Positions 39,414-50,411 of a stretch of 64,000 bases of DNA are shown one piece after another. Positions within the stretch are counted from its first letter, which is position 1; each line of letters opens with the position of its first letter. The stretch covers positions 52,616 to 116,615 of the forward strand of contig CAWAUC010000004.1 of assembly GCA_963785045.1 (NCBI GenBank), read 5' to 3'. Source of the DNA: an uncultured delta proteobacterium. GTDB taxonomy: Bacteria > Desulfobacterota > Desulfobacteria > Desulfobacterales > SpSt-501. The position numbers and the translations under genes are program-made. The notes under the pieces are model-generated. The model made no database searches. It was given only the letters and a program-made list of their open reading frames with translations, and was not told the DNA's origin.

Positions 39414-42400
39414 TCAAAAAATCTGGTTCCAATAGTAACGAATCAAGTCCTGGGACGCAATGGCCGGAAGGCTTACGAGCCCGCCCTCCACACCGATAAA
39501 AATCCGCGCGCCCCCCGGCATAATTGCGATCACCGGCGCGGACGGAATGGCCGTTCCGACCGTCAGGGACCGATCAAGCTTCCCCAGACCGTCGAAGAGG
39601 TTCCCCCCACTGTCCGTTTCGTTGCCTGCATTGAAATTGCTCACGGAGGCACCGTTCTTGTAATTCAGGGCGTAAAGGCGTGCAACTCCGCTCGCGGTGG
39701 ACGCCGCGCAGGGATCGGCGCTAGGAGTGCCGTCGGCATCGGTCGCCGGCGTGTAGGTGCTGAAATAGACCACGCCCGCGTATATCCGCGGGGATGACAC
39801 CACTTTTTCGCCTTGATTTTCAAGGCGGATGTACCAACCCTTTTTCTCGTCCAGGCTTTCTTTGACCGCCTGCTGTTGGTCGGCGTTGCCGAGCTGAATC
39901 AGGTCGTCCGTCACGTCCACGAGGTCGGATTCGGTCAGCGGACTGGTCGCTGTCCAATCATTCTTGACCGCATAAAAACGGTTGACGACCGAGGTGTTGC
40001 CCGGGTTTTCCCGGTCGCCGGTGCCGAAGTAGATGTATTCGCCATGGATGGTGGGCGGGTATTTCTCGGCCACTGCGTCCGGCGCGTAAAAGATTTTGAG
40101 TTTCTTGCCGTTGGACACGGGGGCTTGAAACAGTTGTCATCCCGGACCACACGCCGTCGACCACGCTTTTCGTGATCCCGGGCACCCTTGCGCTGTGAAG
40201 TCATGGAGCTCGTCGTCTTTCAAAGCGAAGATGTTCCCGCCCAGGTCGCCGAAATAAATCCGGCTGATAATCCCATCGCCGTCATGGTCGAATCCAGCAA
40301 CGTCAACGACGGAGTGCGTCAGACCCAGAGACGGATGGGTGGCGGGGCTGAACTTCAGGTTGTTCATGAGAGCGCCGGTCGTCATGTTCGCGGCGAACAC
40401 CGCCCGGCCGATGCTATCGGAGGCAGCCGGTGTGTCCAAATCCTGGTTGTCGTTGTCGTAGCCGCCGGCAAACAGGAACACATCGGCGGTGTTGACATTC
40501 ACATCGCAGCCCGAAATCGTCGAACTGGTGGCGATCGTCGTCTTCTCGGGCCGGGACCAGGACTGACCCAAGCGCTCATACGTGCTGGGGGTGGGACCGA
40601 GCACATTCGGACCGATGCTGTAAAGATACCGCGGTGCATTGTAGTTGGTGATGTCCAGGGCCGTATAGGACTGCCCCCCCCGCCGGGAGCCGATGACAAG
40701 GATCGTCTGGCTGGAGCCGTAATACACCGAGGGCGAACCGTCGACAAAGTATTCATGGTCGGGGCTGTTGGAGTTCAGGAGCAACAACCGCCCGATCTGA
40801 TCCGGCGGCACAAAGCTCCAGACTTCATTGCCGGTGGCGTCATCGATGCAGTGCAGTTGGCCGTCGTTGGTGCCGACGAAAATTTTGACATCGTCATCGG
40901 CCGTGTCCGGGATTCCATCGGCGCCTGAGGAGTAGAACACCACCGCGGGTTCGGAGTGGATGACGTCCCCGAACGGGTCTTTGCGCACGATGTCAAATAA
41001 TTTGTTCCGGTCCGACGCCGTGCTCACTCCCAGCATCGAGTTGGTGATGGCGGTGTTGCCGGTGACGAAGGCGTTGGAGGCATCCGTCAGCAGTGCCTGG
41101 CTTCCCGCATAGGTATAGATATTGCGGGTATTCAGAGCCGATCTGGATTCCCAGCCGTTCCGCGGCACCGCCCTTTTCCACGGCCGGACCGTCGTCGCCC
41201 AAAGTGGTCCACCAAGAACGGGCTTGGTCCAGGATCAGGCCGTCAGAATTCGTGGCTGCCTGGCCCTTGGAATCTGTTATAGTACCATCGTTTTCAACCT
41301 TATAGCGTTTGATGTTCCCGTACCAGTTGCCTTCCTGCTGCGGTTTGAAAAACCCCAGGTAGATCTTGTTTCCGGCATAGGTTCGGTTCATGCGGCTGAC
41401 GGGTACCACCGGCGCCACGAAGCACGAGTTTCGCTCCACGATGGCCGACATGATCTGGTTGAAGGCCTCCTTCAACGCGGAGTAATTTTTCGCGGTAAAG
41501 TGTTCCCCGCCGCCGCTGACGGCGGCCCGGTAAAGCAGTTTGCTGTCATCCGTGAGATCGAACCCGATGGTGTAGGTGATGATGTTCTGTTTGGCAAAAG
41601 AGGTGCCCTCGCCCAGGGTCGGATTGCAATCGTTGCTGTAAAGGTAGTTGGTGACGTCATCGAGGTAATCGGAGCCGTCCTGAGGGGTAATTTTGGCAAT
41701 CCCCATTGTCATCGCGGTACCAATATTCCCGGGCGCTGAATCCGGCACAGGGGCTTGAATGATCGCCGTCCTGGTCGCCGATGATGTCGCCGTTGATATA
41801 GGCCGTATCGTAGAGCCTGTGGTTCTGGTCATTGGTAGGCAGACCGTCGGTCATGAGGATGATGTAATTCTTCTGGCAGCGATACTGCATGGGGGAAACG
41901 TAATGGCCCCCGGTATAGGTCCCGGTCGGAAACCCGCTCGTGTTGTACCAGCTCGGCTTGCCTGCGAAATAAAGCCCGGCTTCGGCCAGGGTCTCGGCCA
42001 GCGGCGTATAGCCGTTCGCACTGGCGTTGGCCACTGCCGTAAGAAGCGAGCTTTTGCTCGCCATGTCCGGCCTGTCCGCGCAGGGCGCCACCAGATGACC
42101 GCCGCTGTGGGCATCGGTATCGTTTAGGTTGTACTCCATCAGGCCGAAGCGCACGCCGTCGGTGTTTGTTATGAGATCGCTCAGAATCGATCTTGGCCAC
42201 ATCGATCTTGGGCGTGGGCGCGCCAATGCCGGAATCATCGTAGTTGCAGAAGTTGCCAAGGCGCAGCGTGAGTTTCGTGCCCCCGCACGCAAAGGTGGAT
42301 GCCCTAATCTTGCCGCTGGTGTATCCGTCGGCCAACAGAGCCGACTTGATGGAATCGCAGGCCAGATTGTTGACGTCGCTGGCAAAGAGCTGCCAGACAT

Positions 42401-42647
42401 ACCTGTGGCCGTTCCAATATTGCTGGTAGACCGCATTCGTCGAGTAGCTTCCGGCATAGGTGGTCCCGGGGTCATACGGATCCCCGGGGATCGTTTCCGC
42501 CATGCTGCCGGACGTATCGAAGATGATCAAAACGTTCGGGGCGACCGACGTGTTGTTGATCACCCCGTAAATCTCCGTATCGTCCGCCCGCAGGCCCCCC
42601 GCGCTGCAGGCGAGCACGATCAGGGCTGCGATGAGGTAGCGTTTCAT
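39414..42647 (-). CDS. pilY1: Type IV pilus tip-associated adhesin PilY1-like protein (N-terminal vWA/MIDAS domain, C-terminal beta-propeller), split over at least 5 frames by indels
   Basis: Start MKRYLIAALIVLACSAGG (signal peptide). vWA LIIFDTSGSM and ...ILMTDGLPTND. Collinear ORFs 41829..42683, 41657..42475, 40993..41832, 40137..41168 and 39414..40118 carry successive parts of one roughly 1070-aa protein. Confidence 0.65.
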
Positions 42648-42690
42648 AGTCGAGGTCTCCTTTTTTCGCTGACGGCAACACACCGGTGGT

Positions 42691-43249
42691 TTAGTACTTG
42701 TTGAACACCTTGTAGGCCCCGACCTGGACCTTCGTGTTGCCCGTGGCCGAGGTGGCGGTGATGCCGTAGCGGCGCACCTCGAAATATTTCAGACTGTACC
42801 CCGACCCCTCCGGAGGCGGAGCGATATGCGCCTGGTGGGGCAAATTATTGGCGGCGGCACTTAACGCCGTGAATCGGCGTGCCACTGTTTTCGATGCAAC
42901 GCACCTCCACCTTGGCCACCGACTCATTGGCCGTGTTTTTGGAGTACGTGATGCTGTTGGCAGCTGTTTCGCTGGCTATCAGGAAACCATCCGTGAGCCA
43001 TTTCATGGGTCGTCGTTCGTCCGGAAGCTTAGCGTCGTACTTCTCCAGAGCGTCGATGACCCCGCCCTCGGCGTTGTAGAATTCGAGCGTGAGGTCGCCC
43101 TCGTTGCGGACGACATGCATTTCGGTGTTGGACGTCCACAACGCCAGAACGCCAGCCAGCAGCAAAATGGCGGAGATCAGGATGGAGGCGCCCAGCACGA
43201 AGCCGTTTTCGTTCCCGATGATGCGCTTCACGGTTGCAACCATGGTCAT
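42691..43249 (-). CDS. pilX: Type IV pilus minor pilin PilX-like protein (one frameshift near 42900)
   Basis: PilX_N-like start MTMVATVKRIIGNENGFVLGASILISAILLLAGVLALW. C-terminal part continues in ORF 42691..42927. Confidence 0.6.
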
Positions 43250-43259
43250 GCAGGCCTTC

Positions 43260-43886
43260 CTATAGGTTTCGACACCGTACTTGGGTGGTGTAAGTTCGGG
43301 AAACAGTTCCTTCGCGGCCGGCCGGCCGGTTAACGGTCAGAGTGATGCCGACCGTGCGGATGTCCGCCAGGCGGGCCGCCAGGTCAGCTGTGGGAATGAC
43401 GGCGCCCGTATTGTCGAAGTAGGTCAACACTAGTGCATTGACATCCCCCAGCAGAGTGTCCGTCACCAGTTGGTTAGTCTGCTGGAGACAGTCGGCGCAC
43501 ATGCCGTTCAGGTTCAAGCCGTAGGTGATGTCTTCGAAGGGGCCGGCAATATCTCCGTCGAAATTGACATCCGCCCTAAAATGCAGGCTCGTGGGGCTGG
43601 CCGCCACGATTCCGGCGCCGGCCGTGCCCAGGGGATCGAGGCCGGCCAGGCGGATGTCCTTAGCCATCATTTCGACCCCGATCCGAACGCTCTGCTGGGT
43701 GGCGGCTTTAACATTTTCAGCGGTATAATAACGGTTGAGCCGTTCAAACCCCTTGTATATGAACGTAAAAAGGATCGCCAAAACGCCGATGACGATCATC
43801 AACTCGATCATGGAAAAGCCGGCATGCGACAGGCGGCGGGGGCGATGACCCGACCGCAGACGAATTAAGGTGTTCCCGCCATTCAT
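43260..43886 (-). CDS. pilW: Type IV pilus minor pilin PilW-like protein
   Basis: Prepilin-type N-terminus GFSMIELMIVIGVLAILFTF. Length and position match PilW. Confidence 0.65.
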   Translation of the reverse strand: MNGGNTLIRLRSGHRPRRLSHAGFSMIELMIVIGVLAILFTFIYKGFERLNRYYTAENVKAATQQSVRIGVEMMAKDIRLAGLDPLGTAGAGIVAASPTSLHFRADVNFDGDIAGPFEDITYGLNLNGMCADCLQQTNQLVTDTLLGDVNALVLTYFDNTGAVIPTADLAARLADIRTVGITLTVNRPAGREGTVSRTYTTQVRCRNL

Positions 43887-44347
43887 ACGCCGTTTCCTTT
43901 GGTGTTCGATGAAATCACTACGCGCCGCTGTCCGCCGAACAATCGGACACGCTGAAATTCCACCGTAACGGTTATGCGGCGTGCGTCCGTTCCCAGGTTT
44001 TCAATCGTCCAATACCTTCGGAAAATGCTGTCTCGCATACTTGGTTGACCGTTGGGGTTGATCAACGGGATTGAGTTTACGTCCGTGCTGGGGAAAGGCC
44101 CGCCTGAGACCAAGTCGGTGATATTCAGGCCCTTGAGCGTTTCGAGCTGCGTTCTGGCCAGCATGGTGGCTTGGGTAATAATGTCGCTGTTGGTGTTGTT
44201 GCGCGCAGTTCCGAAATGCATTGATACCGCGGCCATCATGCCCATACCTAAAATGGCCATGGCAATCATGAGCTCGACGAGCGTGAAGCCATCCTGGCCG
44301 TTCCTCCGGTGCACGGGTTTACCCATGGCATTGCTCCTGTATTGCAA
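43883..44347 (-). CDS. pilV: Type IV pilus minor pilin PilV-like protein
   Basis: Prepilin leader ending ...NGQDG|FTLVELMIAMAILGMGMMA. Confidence 0.65.
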   Translation of the reverse strand: MQYRSNAMGKPVHRRNGQDGFTLVELMIAMAILGMGMMAAVSMHFGTARNNTNSDIITQATMLARTQLETLKGLNITDLVSGGPFPSTDVNSIPLINPNGQPSMRDSIFRRYWTIENLGTDARRITVTVEFQRVRLFGGQRRVVISSNTKGNGV

Positions 44348-44830
44348 TCACTGGCTCCACAGCCGGCCCAGGCGATTCAGCCAGATGTCTTTGCGTCCGG
44401 CCCGGTTGACCAGTGGAACCAATTCGCTATTAAGCAAGTTGTCGGGCAGTCCCCGACTGGTGAACCGTACCCGTTTTTGGTTAAGTGTAACTTCTGCCAG
44501 AGGAATGCTTACCCCGGCAGGAAGCGAGCGATCGAGCAGCAGGCGCTCACTACCCGTTCGGTTCCAGTCGCCGGCCACACCCCCTCCGGCCCCGTCGTCG
44601 ATGAAGATCTCGTACTTGTCGGTTGCGAAATTCACGGCCACGAAGGCGTTCTCCCGGATGGCCCTGATCTTCGCCATCTCCATATCAGCCACGAGGTTGA
44701 TGGCCGCCCCCCTCAACCGGTGTGCTGTCAGCCAGCTCAGAAACGAAGGCATGGTGACAGTGGCGAAAATACCGACGATGGCCATGGTGACCGCAAGCTC
44801 ATACATGGTGAATCCGGAATTGCGTCGCAT
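44348..44830 (-). CDS. fimT: GspH/FimT-family minor (pseudo)pilin
   Basis: GFTMYELAVTMAIVGIFATVTMPSFLSWLTAHRLRGAA, a typical FimT/FimU N-terminus. Confidence 0.65.
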   Translation of the reverse strand: MRRNSGFTMYELAVTMAIVGIFATVTMPSFLSWLTAHRLRGAAINLVADMEMAKIRAIRENAFVAVNFATDKYEIFIDDGAGGGVAGDWNRTGSERLLLDRSLPAGVSIPLAEVTLNQKRVRFTSRGLPDNLLNSELVPLVNRAGRKDIWLNRLGRLWSQ

Positions 44831-44869
44831 GAATTAGTCACTCCTGGCTTGAATTCAGATCAACAACCA

Positions 44870-44886
44870 TACAAAACTTGTGCCAC
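44870..44886 (-). promoter_or_regulatory. Candidate sigma-54 (-24/-12) promoter for the fimT-pilVWX-pilY1 operon
   Basis: Minus strand reads TGGCAC-AAGTT-TTGTA (consensus TGGCAC-N5-TTGCW), about 40 nt upstream of the fimT start codon, within an AT-rich 600-bp leader. Confidence 0.5.
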
Positions 44887-45436
44887 TTATCAGCCATGTT
44901 GCAGGCCGCACCCTAAATTACTAAATTTTTTATGTTATCGGATAATTATATCAACATACTTAATCATTCATTTTTAATTACATATATTATGCTTTTAACT
45001 GGTGGGCACGGCGTCTTGATCGAAGACTGGAATCTGGGGCTGCGAAGGACACAATGTCAATTATCAGTTTGAATTTATTTGAAATAGGTTTTATGTTGCG
45101 GAGCAGGGTGGGTCAGGGGGGACGGGGGCTGGAGTTCGGACGCGTCGAAATATTTTAAGAATTCAAAATTAATCAAATAGTTATTATCAAAAATCAGATT
45201 AGTTACATGCTGCACGCCGAGTTTGTCTACCTATAAATTTTATTTCAGGTACTAAAAAAAATTATACCATGCCGAGCAACGCTCGTATTACAAGAAGCCC
45301 CGCTTGCATAGATTCCATCCCGGAAAAGGTCAACTGGATTTCATTCACGAACTTCGCATTTCAAAAACGGTCCGCCCTCAGCAGCGGCGCGCGCTGCCGT
45401 TGAGGTCCTCGGGCGCGTTCGATTTTTGGGGTCCGG

Positions 45437-46267
45437 CTAAGTCGACCGCAGGTATTCCACCGCATTCCTGAACAACCGGATACCTACCGTGTCGCCCGCT
45501 CCATAGGGTTTGCCGGCCCGCCGGGCGGTCTCCCGTTCGCGCGGCCAGTCAGGATGGTTGGTCCAATCGTTGTAAGCTTCCGGATGCGGCATCAGCCCGA
45601 AGATGCGACCGGTGGGGTCGCATATGCCGGCAATGTCAGCTACCGAACCGTTCGGGTTATCGGGAAAGCTTCCACCGGCCGGCCTACCATCCGGCCGTGC
45701 GTAGCGCAGGACGACTTGATTGGTCTGCTCCAGCCGCTTTAGCGTGGCATCCTCGGCATATAGCCGGCCCTCGCCGTGCCTGACCGGAAAATCCGCCTCC
45801 CTGATCCCACGGGTAAAGACGCATGGAGAGTCCGGGTTCACCTGCAGCCGCACCCATTGATTACGGAAGTTACCGCATTCGTTCGAAATCAATGCGATCG
45901 AGCGGTCCTGGTAGCTGCCGCCAAACCCCGGCAGAAGTCCCAGGTTGACCAGAGATTGAAAACCGTTGCAGATTCCGAGCACAAGATTGCCCTGTTCGAC
46001 GAAGCGCAGCAGACTGCCACCGATGTGAGTCCCCAGCCGAACCGCCTGAATGACGCCGGCACCGTGATCATCCCCCCAGCTGAAGCCGCCGATGAAAACG
46101 AGAATGTGAAATTCTGCCAGCGTCACCGACCCGTCGATCAAAGAGTTGATATGAACCCTGCTTGCGGATGCGCCGGCCAGTTCGAACGCGTGGCAGGTTT
46201 CATAGTCGCAGTTGAGCCCGTATCCGGAAAGAACGAGCACATTGACGGTCTTCATGGTATTCTCCAC
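45437..46267 (-). CDS. purQ: Phosphoribosylformylglycinamidine synthase I (glutamine amidotransferase subunit)
   Basis: MKTVNVLVLSGYGLNCDYET...GICNGFQSL...MPHPE. Class-I GATase triad context. Confidence 0.85.
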   Translation of the reverse strand: MENTMKTVNVLVLSGYGLNCDYETCHAFELAGASASRVHINSLIDGSVTLAEFHILVFIGGFSWGDDHGAGVIQAVRLGTHIGGSLLRFVEQGNLVLGICNGFQSLVNLGLLPGFGGSYQDRSIALISNECGNFRNQWVRLQVNPDSPCVFTRGIREADFPVRHGEGRLYAEDATLKRLEQTNQVVLRYARPDGRPAGGSFPDNPNGSVADIAGICDPTGRIFGLMPHPEAYNDWTNHPDWPRERETARRAGKPYGAGDTVGIRLFRNAVEYLRST

Positions 46268-46293
46268 ATCATGCTCTTACATTATCAGGGTGT

Positions 46294-49200
46294 TCATATC
46301 AAATCTCCGAATGGCCGCTTCCAAGACTCCTTTAGCTCCGCCACCGCAACGGATATGACAGCGGCGCCGTCAAGGCCCTCCACCCGCAGCACCGGCTCGG
46401 CGGTGACTGTTCCGATGCAGGCGCATGGGCAGCCCGTGAAAAGCGCTTCGAAATCGCGGCGTCGGGCCGGGTCGACGGTGACGATGAAGCGTCCGGCGGA
46501 CTCGGAGAAGAGCAGCGTGTCGATTCGCTGGCGGTCGGCCGCGGGAACCCGGCGGGCATCCACCTGCAGGCCCAGGTTGCCGCCCATGGCCACCATGGCC
46601 AGGTGCACCGCCAACCCGCCGCGGTAGACGCCATGCGCGGAGGCGACCACCCCCGAGCCCAGGGCGCGATCCAAGGCGCGGTAGGTCGGGATGAACTCCG
46701 CGCTGCGGACACGGGGCACCTGCAGCCCGGTGTAGCCGAAATGCTGGTAGAATTCCGATCCGCCAAGCTCGTTGCGCGTAAGGCCCAGCACGTACACCAG
46801 GTCCCCCGCCATCTTGCTGTCCATCGTGACACACCGGGCAAGATCCGGCACGACCGAGATGGCGGAGAATTGGAGGGTCTCGAGCGCCGAGACCTTGTGC
46901 GTCTCGCCGTAGCGCCCTGCCAGGTGCCCGTCCACGTACATGCTGTCTTTGCCCGACAACAGGGGAATGCCGTAGTCGAGGCACAGATCGCGCAGGGCCC
47001 AGCAGGCGCGCACGAGCTGGGCCGCCTTGAATTTCCCGTCCGGGTTGTTGACGGGATGGTACTGAATGCTGGGCCAGCAGAAGTTGTCCACTCCGCCGAT
47101 GTGCTCGAAGTCCCCGCCGACGGCGAGCACGCGGCGCACGGCCTCATCGATGCTGCAGCCGACCATGTGATAGGCGTCGATCGCCGAGTAGGTCGGCAGC
47201 AGCGCCTGGGCGAAGGCCAGCCCCTTGCGGGAGTTCAGCACGGGCCGCAGCACGGCGGCGTCGCTGTTCACGTCCCGATCCGCCCCGACCAGGGGCTTGA
47301 CGACGCTGCCGCCCTGGACTTCGTGGTCGTACTGTCGGACGATCCATTCGGTCGAGCAAATGTTGGGCCGCTCCAGCATGTCCCGCAGAAGCCGGTTCAG
47401 ATCTTGCGGGAGTCCGAGCACCGGCTCGCGCAGCCCGCGCTGCTCGGGAGAAGACCACTCGGCTTCGAACTCCCATTGCGGGAAACCGGATTTCAGCAGG
47501 TCCATGTCCACGTGGGCGCAGGGGCTCCCGTTGTAGGCGATGTGAAGCTTCCCGCTGTCCGTGTAGCGGCCGATGACGCTGCTCTCCACGGCGTGCTTGC
47601 GGGAAAGCGCCATGAACCGGTCCAGATCCTGCGGGCGCACGGCAACCGTCATGCGCTCCTGCGATTCGGACACCCAGATTTCCCACTGGTCAAGGCCCTC
47701 GTATTTCAGGGGCACTTTCTCCAGATCGATCGCAACGCCGTTTGAAAAGCGCGCCGACTCGCCCACCGATGAGGACAGGCCGCCGCCGCCGTTGTCGGTG
47801 ATAAACTGGATGAGCCCCTCGTCCCGGGCCTCCAGCAGGAAGTCGTGCATTTTCTTCTGGGTGTACGGGTCGCCGATCTGCACGTGCCCGGCCGGCGTGT
47901 GTTCGGAAAACACCTCTGAGGAGGCCGTGACGCCGTGGATGCCGTCCTTGCCGACCCGTCCGCCGCACATGATGACGAGCTCCCCCGGGCTGGTCCTCTT
48001 TTCCTCGGCGGGCTGCCCGTGGATGCGGGAGGGCATGATGCCGACCGCCGTCACGAAAACCAGGCATTTGCCCATGTAGCCGGGATGGAAGAACACCTGA
48101 CCGAAGGGCGTCGGGATACCGCTCTTGTTGCCCCCGTCCCGCACCCCTTCGATGATACCGTCCAGGAGCCGCCGGGGGTGCAGGCGCGGCATCAAAGCGC
48201 CGCTGTAGTCCCGGTGGCCGACGCAGAAACCATAGCTGCCCATGATCAGCTTGGATCCCTTGCCGGTGCCCATGGGGTCCCGGTAGACGCCTACGATGCC
48301 GGTAATGGACCCGCCGTAGGCCTCCATGTTGGAGGGCGAGTTGTGGGTCTCGCCGGTGATGACGTAGTAGTGGTCGTCGTCGAAGCGCCCGGCGCCCGCG
48401 TTGTCCCAGAGGACGGAAACCACCCAGGGCTTCCGGCCGGCCAGCGATAGTGTAGGCGCCTCGATGCAGGTCTTGAACAGGTTGTCGACGACCTGCTCCT
48501 GGCCGGAGGCGCGGTCCCGGTAGCGGAACAGGCCTCGAAAAGTGTTGTGGTTGCAGTGGTCGCTGCGCCCCTGGGAGATGTATTCGATCTCCACGTCCGT
48601 CGGGTCGCCCAGCCCCGCAGCTGCCCGGTCCGCACGCACCGCCGCGTCGGAAAAATAAGCCCGGATCACCGGGATGTCGTTCGGGTTCAGCGCGAGGTTG
48701 CGCTCCTCGCTGATGCGCTGGAGTGCCGCGTCGCTGTCGATGGGGATGACCGTCACCGTCGGCGCATGGTCGAGGCGGACTTTGGGGATGATGATGCCGA
48801 CTCCCTCGGACGGGTCCCATTCGCGGGCTGAATAGATTCGCCATTGCTGAATGATATCGTTGGCCAGAAGCCCGCCGGCGATCCGTTGCACATCCTCCCG
48901 GCGCAGGCCCCGGCCGCTTACGCAGTAACGCTTGCTGGTGTAGACGGCTTCGCCGGGAGCGAACCGGAGTCCGAGAAGATCCTCGATCGCCTCCACGGCC
49001 GTGGCGCCCGGGTTGTCCCGTACACCCGGACGGTAGCCGACCCAGATGACCCAGTCGCACGCAACGGCGAGCGGACGATCCGAGGAGACCTGTGTCACCG
49101 GGTTGGTGAAGATATCGTTCTGGATGCGCTTGAGCTGATCCGCGCTGAGACCCGCGTCGATGGTCAGTATCTGCACGGCGCGGATGCGGGAGGCCTCGAT

Positions 49201-49299
49201 GCCGAAATAGGCCTTGGCTTTCTTGCGAATCCCCTCCCCTTCGGGGTCGGCCAGGTGATCCTGAAGCGCGATTTCGAGTCGGGATGGCATGGCTGTCAA
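46294..49299 (-). CDS. purL: Phosphoribosylformylglycinamidine synthase II with N-terminal PurS-like domain (PurS-PurL fusion, 1001 aa)
   Basis: The N-terminal ~80 aa are PurS-like. PurL AIR-synthase-related domains follow. Confidence 0.8.
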   Translation of the reverse strand: MTAMPSRLEIALQDHLADPEGEGIRKKAKAYFGIEASRIRAVQILTIDAGLSADQLKRIQNDIFTNPVTQVSSDRPLAVACDWVIWVGYRPGVRDNPGATAVEAIEDLLGLRFAPGEAVYTSKRYCVSGRGLRREDVQRIAGGLLANDIIQQWRIYSAREWDPSEGVGIIIPKVRLDHAPTVTVIPIDSDAALQRISEERNLALNPNDIPVIRAYFSDAAVRADRAAAGLGDPTDVEIEYISQGRSDHCNHNTFRGLFRYRDRASGQEQVVDNLFKTCIEAPTLSLAGRKPWVVSVLWDNAGAGRFDDDHYYVITGETHNSPSNMEAYGGSITGIVGVYRDPMGTGKGSKLIMGSYGFCVGHRDYSGALMPRLHPRRLLDGIIEGVRDGGNKSGIPTPFGQVFFHPGYMGKCLVFVTAVGIMPSRIHGQPAEEKRTSPGELVIMCGGRVGKDGIHGVTASSEVFSEHTPAGHVQIGDPYTQKKMHDFLLEARDEGLIQFITDNGGGGLSSSVGESARFSNGVAIDLEKVPLKYEGLDQWEIWVSESQERMTVAVRPQDLDRFMALSRKHAVESSVIGRYTDSGKLHIAYNGSPCAHVDMDLLKSGFPQWEFEAEWSSPEQRGLREPVLGLPQDLNRLLRDMLERPNICSTEWIVRQYDHEVQGGSVVKPLVGADRDVNSDAAVLRPVLNSRKGLAFAQALLPTYSAIDAYHMVGCSIDEAVRRVLAVGGDFEHIGGVDNFCWPSIQYHPVNNPDGKFKAAQLVRACWALRDLCLDYGIPLLSGKDSMYVDGHLAGRYGETHKVSALETLQFSAISVVPDLARCVTMDSKMAGDLVYVLGLTRNELGGSEFYQHFGYTGLQVPRVRSAEFIPTYRALDRALGSGVVASAHGVYRGGLAVHLAMVAMGGNLGLQVDARRVPAADRQRIDTLLFSESAGRFIVTVDPARRRDFEALFTGCPCACIGTVTAEPVLRVEGLDGAAVISVAVAELKESWKRPFGDLI

Positions 49300-49321
49300 C
49301 TCACGTTCTGAGTGTGATGGA

Positions 49322-50398
49322 TTACAATCCTCTGCTGAAAAACAGCCGCGTAATGTCGTTATAGAACACGAGGATCATCAGCATGATCAGCAGGACCATG
49401 CCGACCTGTTGGGCAATCTCACGGACCTTCACGCTCACCGGTCGCCCCTTGACGGCCTCGATCAGGAAGAACAAAAGATGGCCGCCGTCCAACACCGGGA
49501 TCGGCATCAGGTTGATGATCGCCAGGTTGACGCTGATCACCGCGATGAACTGAAACAGGCTGCTCACGCCGGCTTTGGCCTGATCCCCCGCCATCTGGGC
49601 GATCATGATCGGCCCGCCGACCGTGTCGAGTGCGATGTCACCCTTGAAGAGCTTGGCAACGATCACCACCATCAGTTCGGCAATGTTGTAAGTTTGACGA
49701 AAACTCTCGGAAATAGAATCTAACAGGTTTAGTTTTTTTGAATAAACCTCTCCGGCGCTGGAAATTCCGATCACGTAGCGCTTGACTTCCTCCCCCAGCA
49801 GGTTTTTCGTGGTGACAAGCTCGGCAGTGGCGCGCAGCCTGACCTCGCCGTCAGCGCGCGACACACTGATGTCGAGCGGCCTGCCGTTGCTGTGGCTGAT
49901 CGTGTCCGCCATCTGTTCCCAGCTGGCGATCGCGATCCCGTCGATGGCCGTGACCCGGTCCCCTTTCCGGAGGCCGGCAGCGTCGGCAGGCGAGCCTGCC
50001 TTGACCGCGCCGACGGTGGGCTTGAGGATCAAGATGCCCGCGAACAGGGCGATGATGAAAAAAATAATGACGGCCAGCAGCATGTTGAAGACCGGCCCGG
50101 CAAGAACGATGAGGAACCGCTTGGCGACATGCTTGTGGGTGAAGGAGAGCGGAATGAGCTGGGGGTCGAGGTCCTCGTCAGGCTCCTCCCCGACCATTTT
50201 CACGTATCCGCCCAGCGGCACCAGAGAGAGACGGTAATCGGTGATGCCGACCCGCTTGCCGATCAGGCGCGGCCCGAAACCCAGCGAGAACTTCTCCACG
50301 CCCACGCCGAAGAGTCGGGCGATCAGAAAGTGCCCGAACTCGTGAAAAAATATCAGAATCCCGAGAACGACCAGAAATGCCCAAGCACTCGTACCCAT
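49322..50398 (-). CDS. rseP: RIP metalloprotease RseP (site-2 protease) with PDZ domain
   Basis: HEFGHFLIARLFGV HExxH in TM1. PDZ region. LDGGH motif. Confidence 0.85.
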   Translation of the reverse strand: MGTSAWAFLVVLGILIFFHEFGHFLIARLFGVGVEKFSLGFGPRLIGKRVGITDYRLSLVPLGGYVKMVGEEPDEDLDPQLIPLSFTHKHVAKRFLIVLAGPVFNMLLAVIIFFIIALFAGILILKPTVGAVKAGSPADAAGLRKGDRVTAIDGIAIASWEQMADTISHSNGRPLDISVSRADGEVRLRATAELVTTKNLLGEEVKRYVIGISSAGEVYSKKLNLLDSISESFRQTYNIAELMVVIVAKLFKGDIALDTVGGPIMIAQMAGDQAKAGVSSLFQFIAVISVNLAIINLMPIPVLDGGHLLFFLIEAVKGRPVSVKVREIAQQVGMVLLIMLMILVFYNDITRLFFSRGL

Positions 50399-50411
50399 AA
50401 GCGTTCAGTTA

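Noticed and set aside
46332-49060. Several 170-456-aa alternative-frame ORFs within purL
   Set aside because: GC-rich frame artefacts inside a conserved gene.
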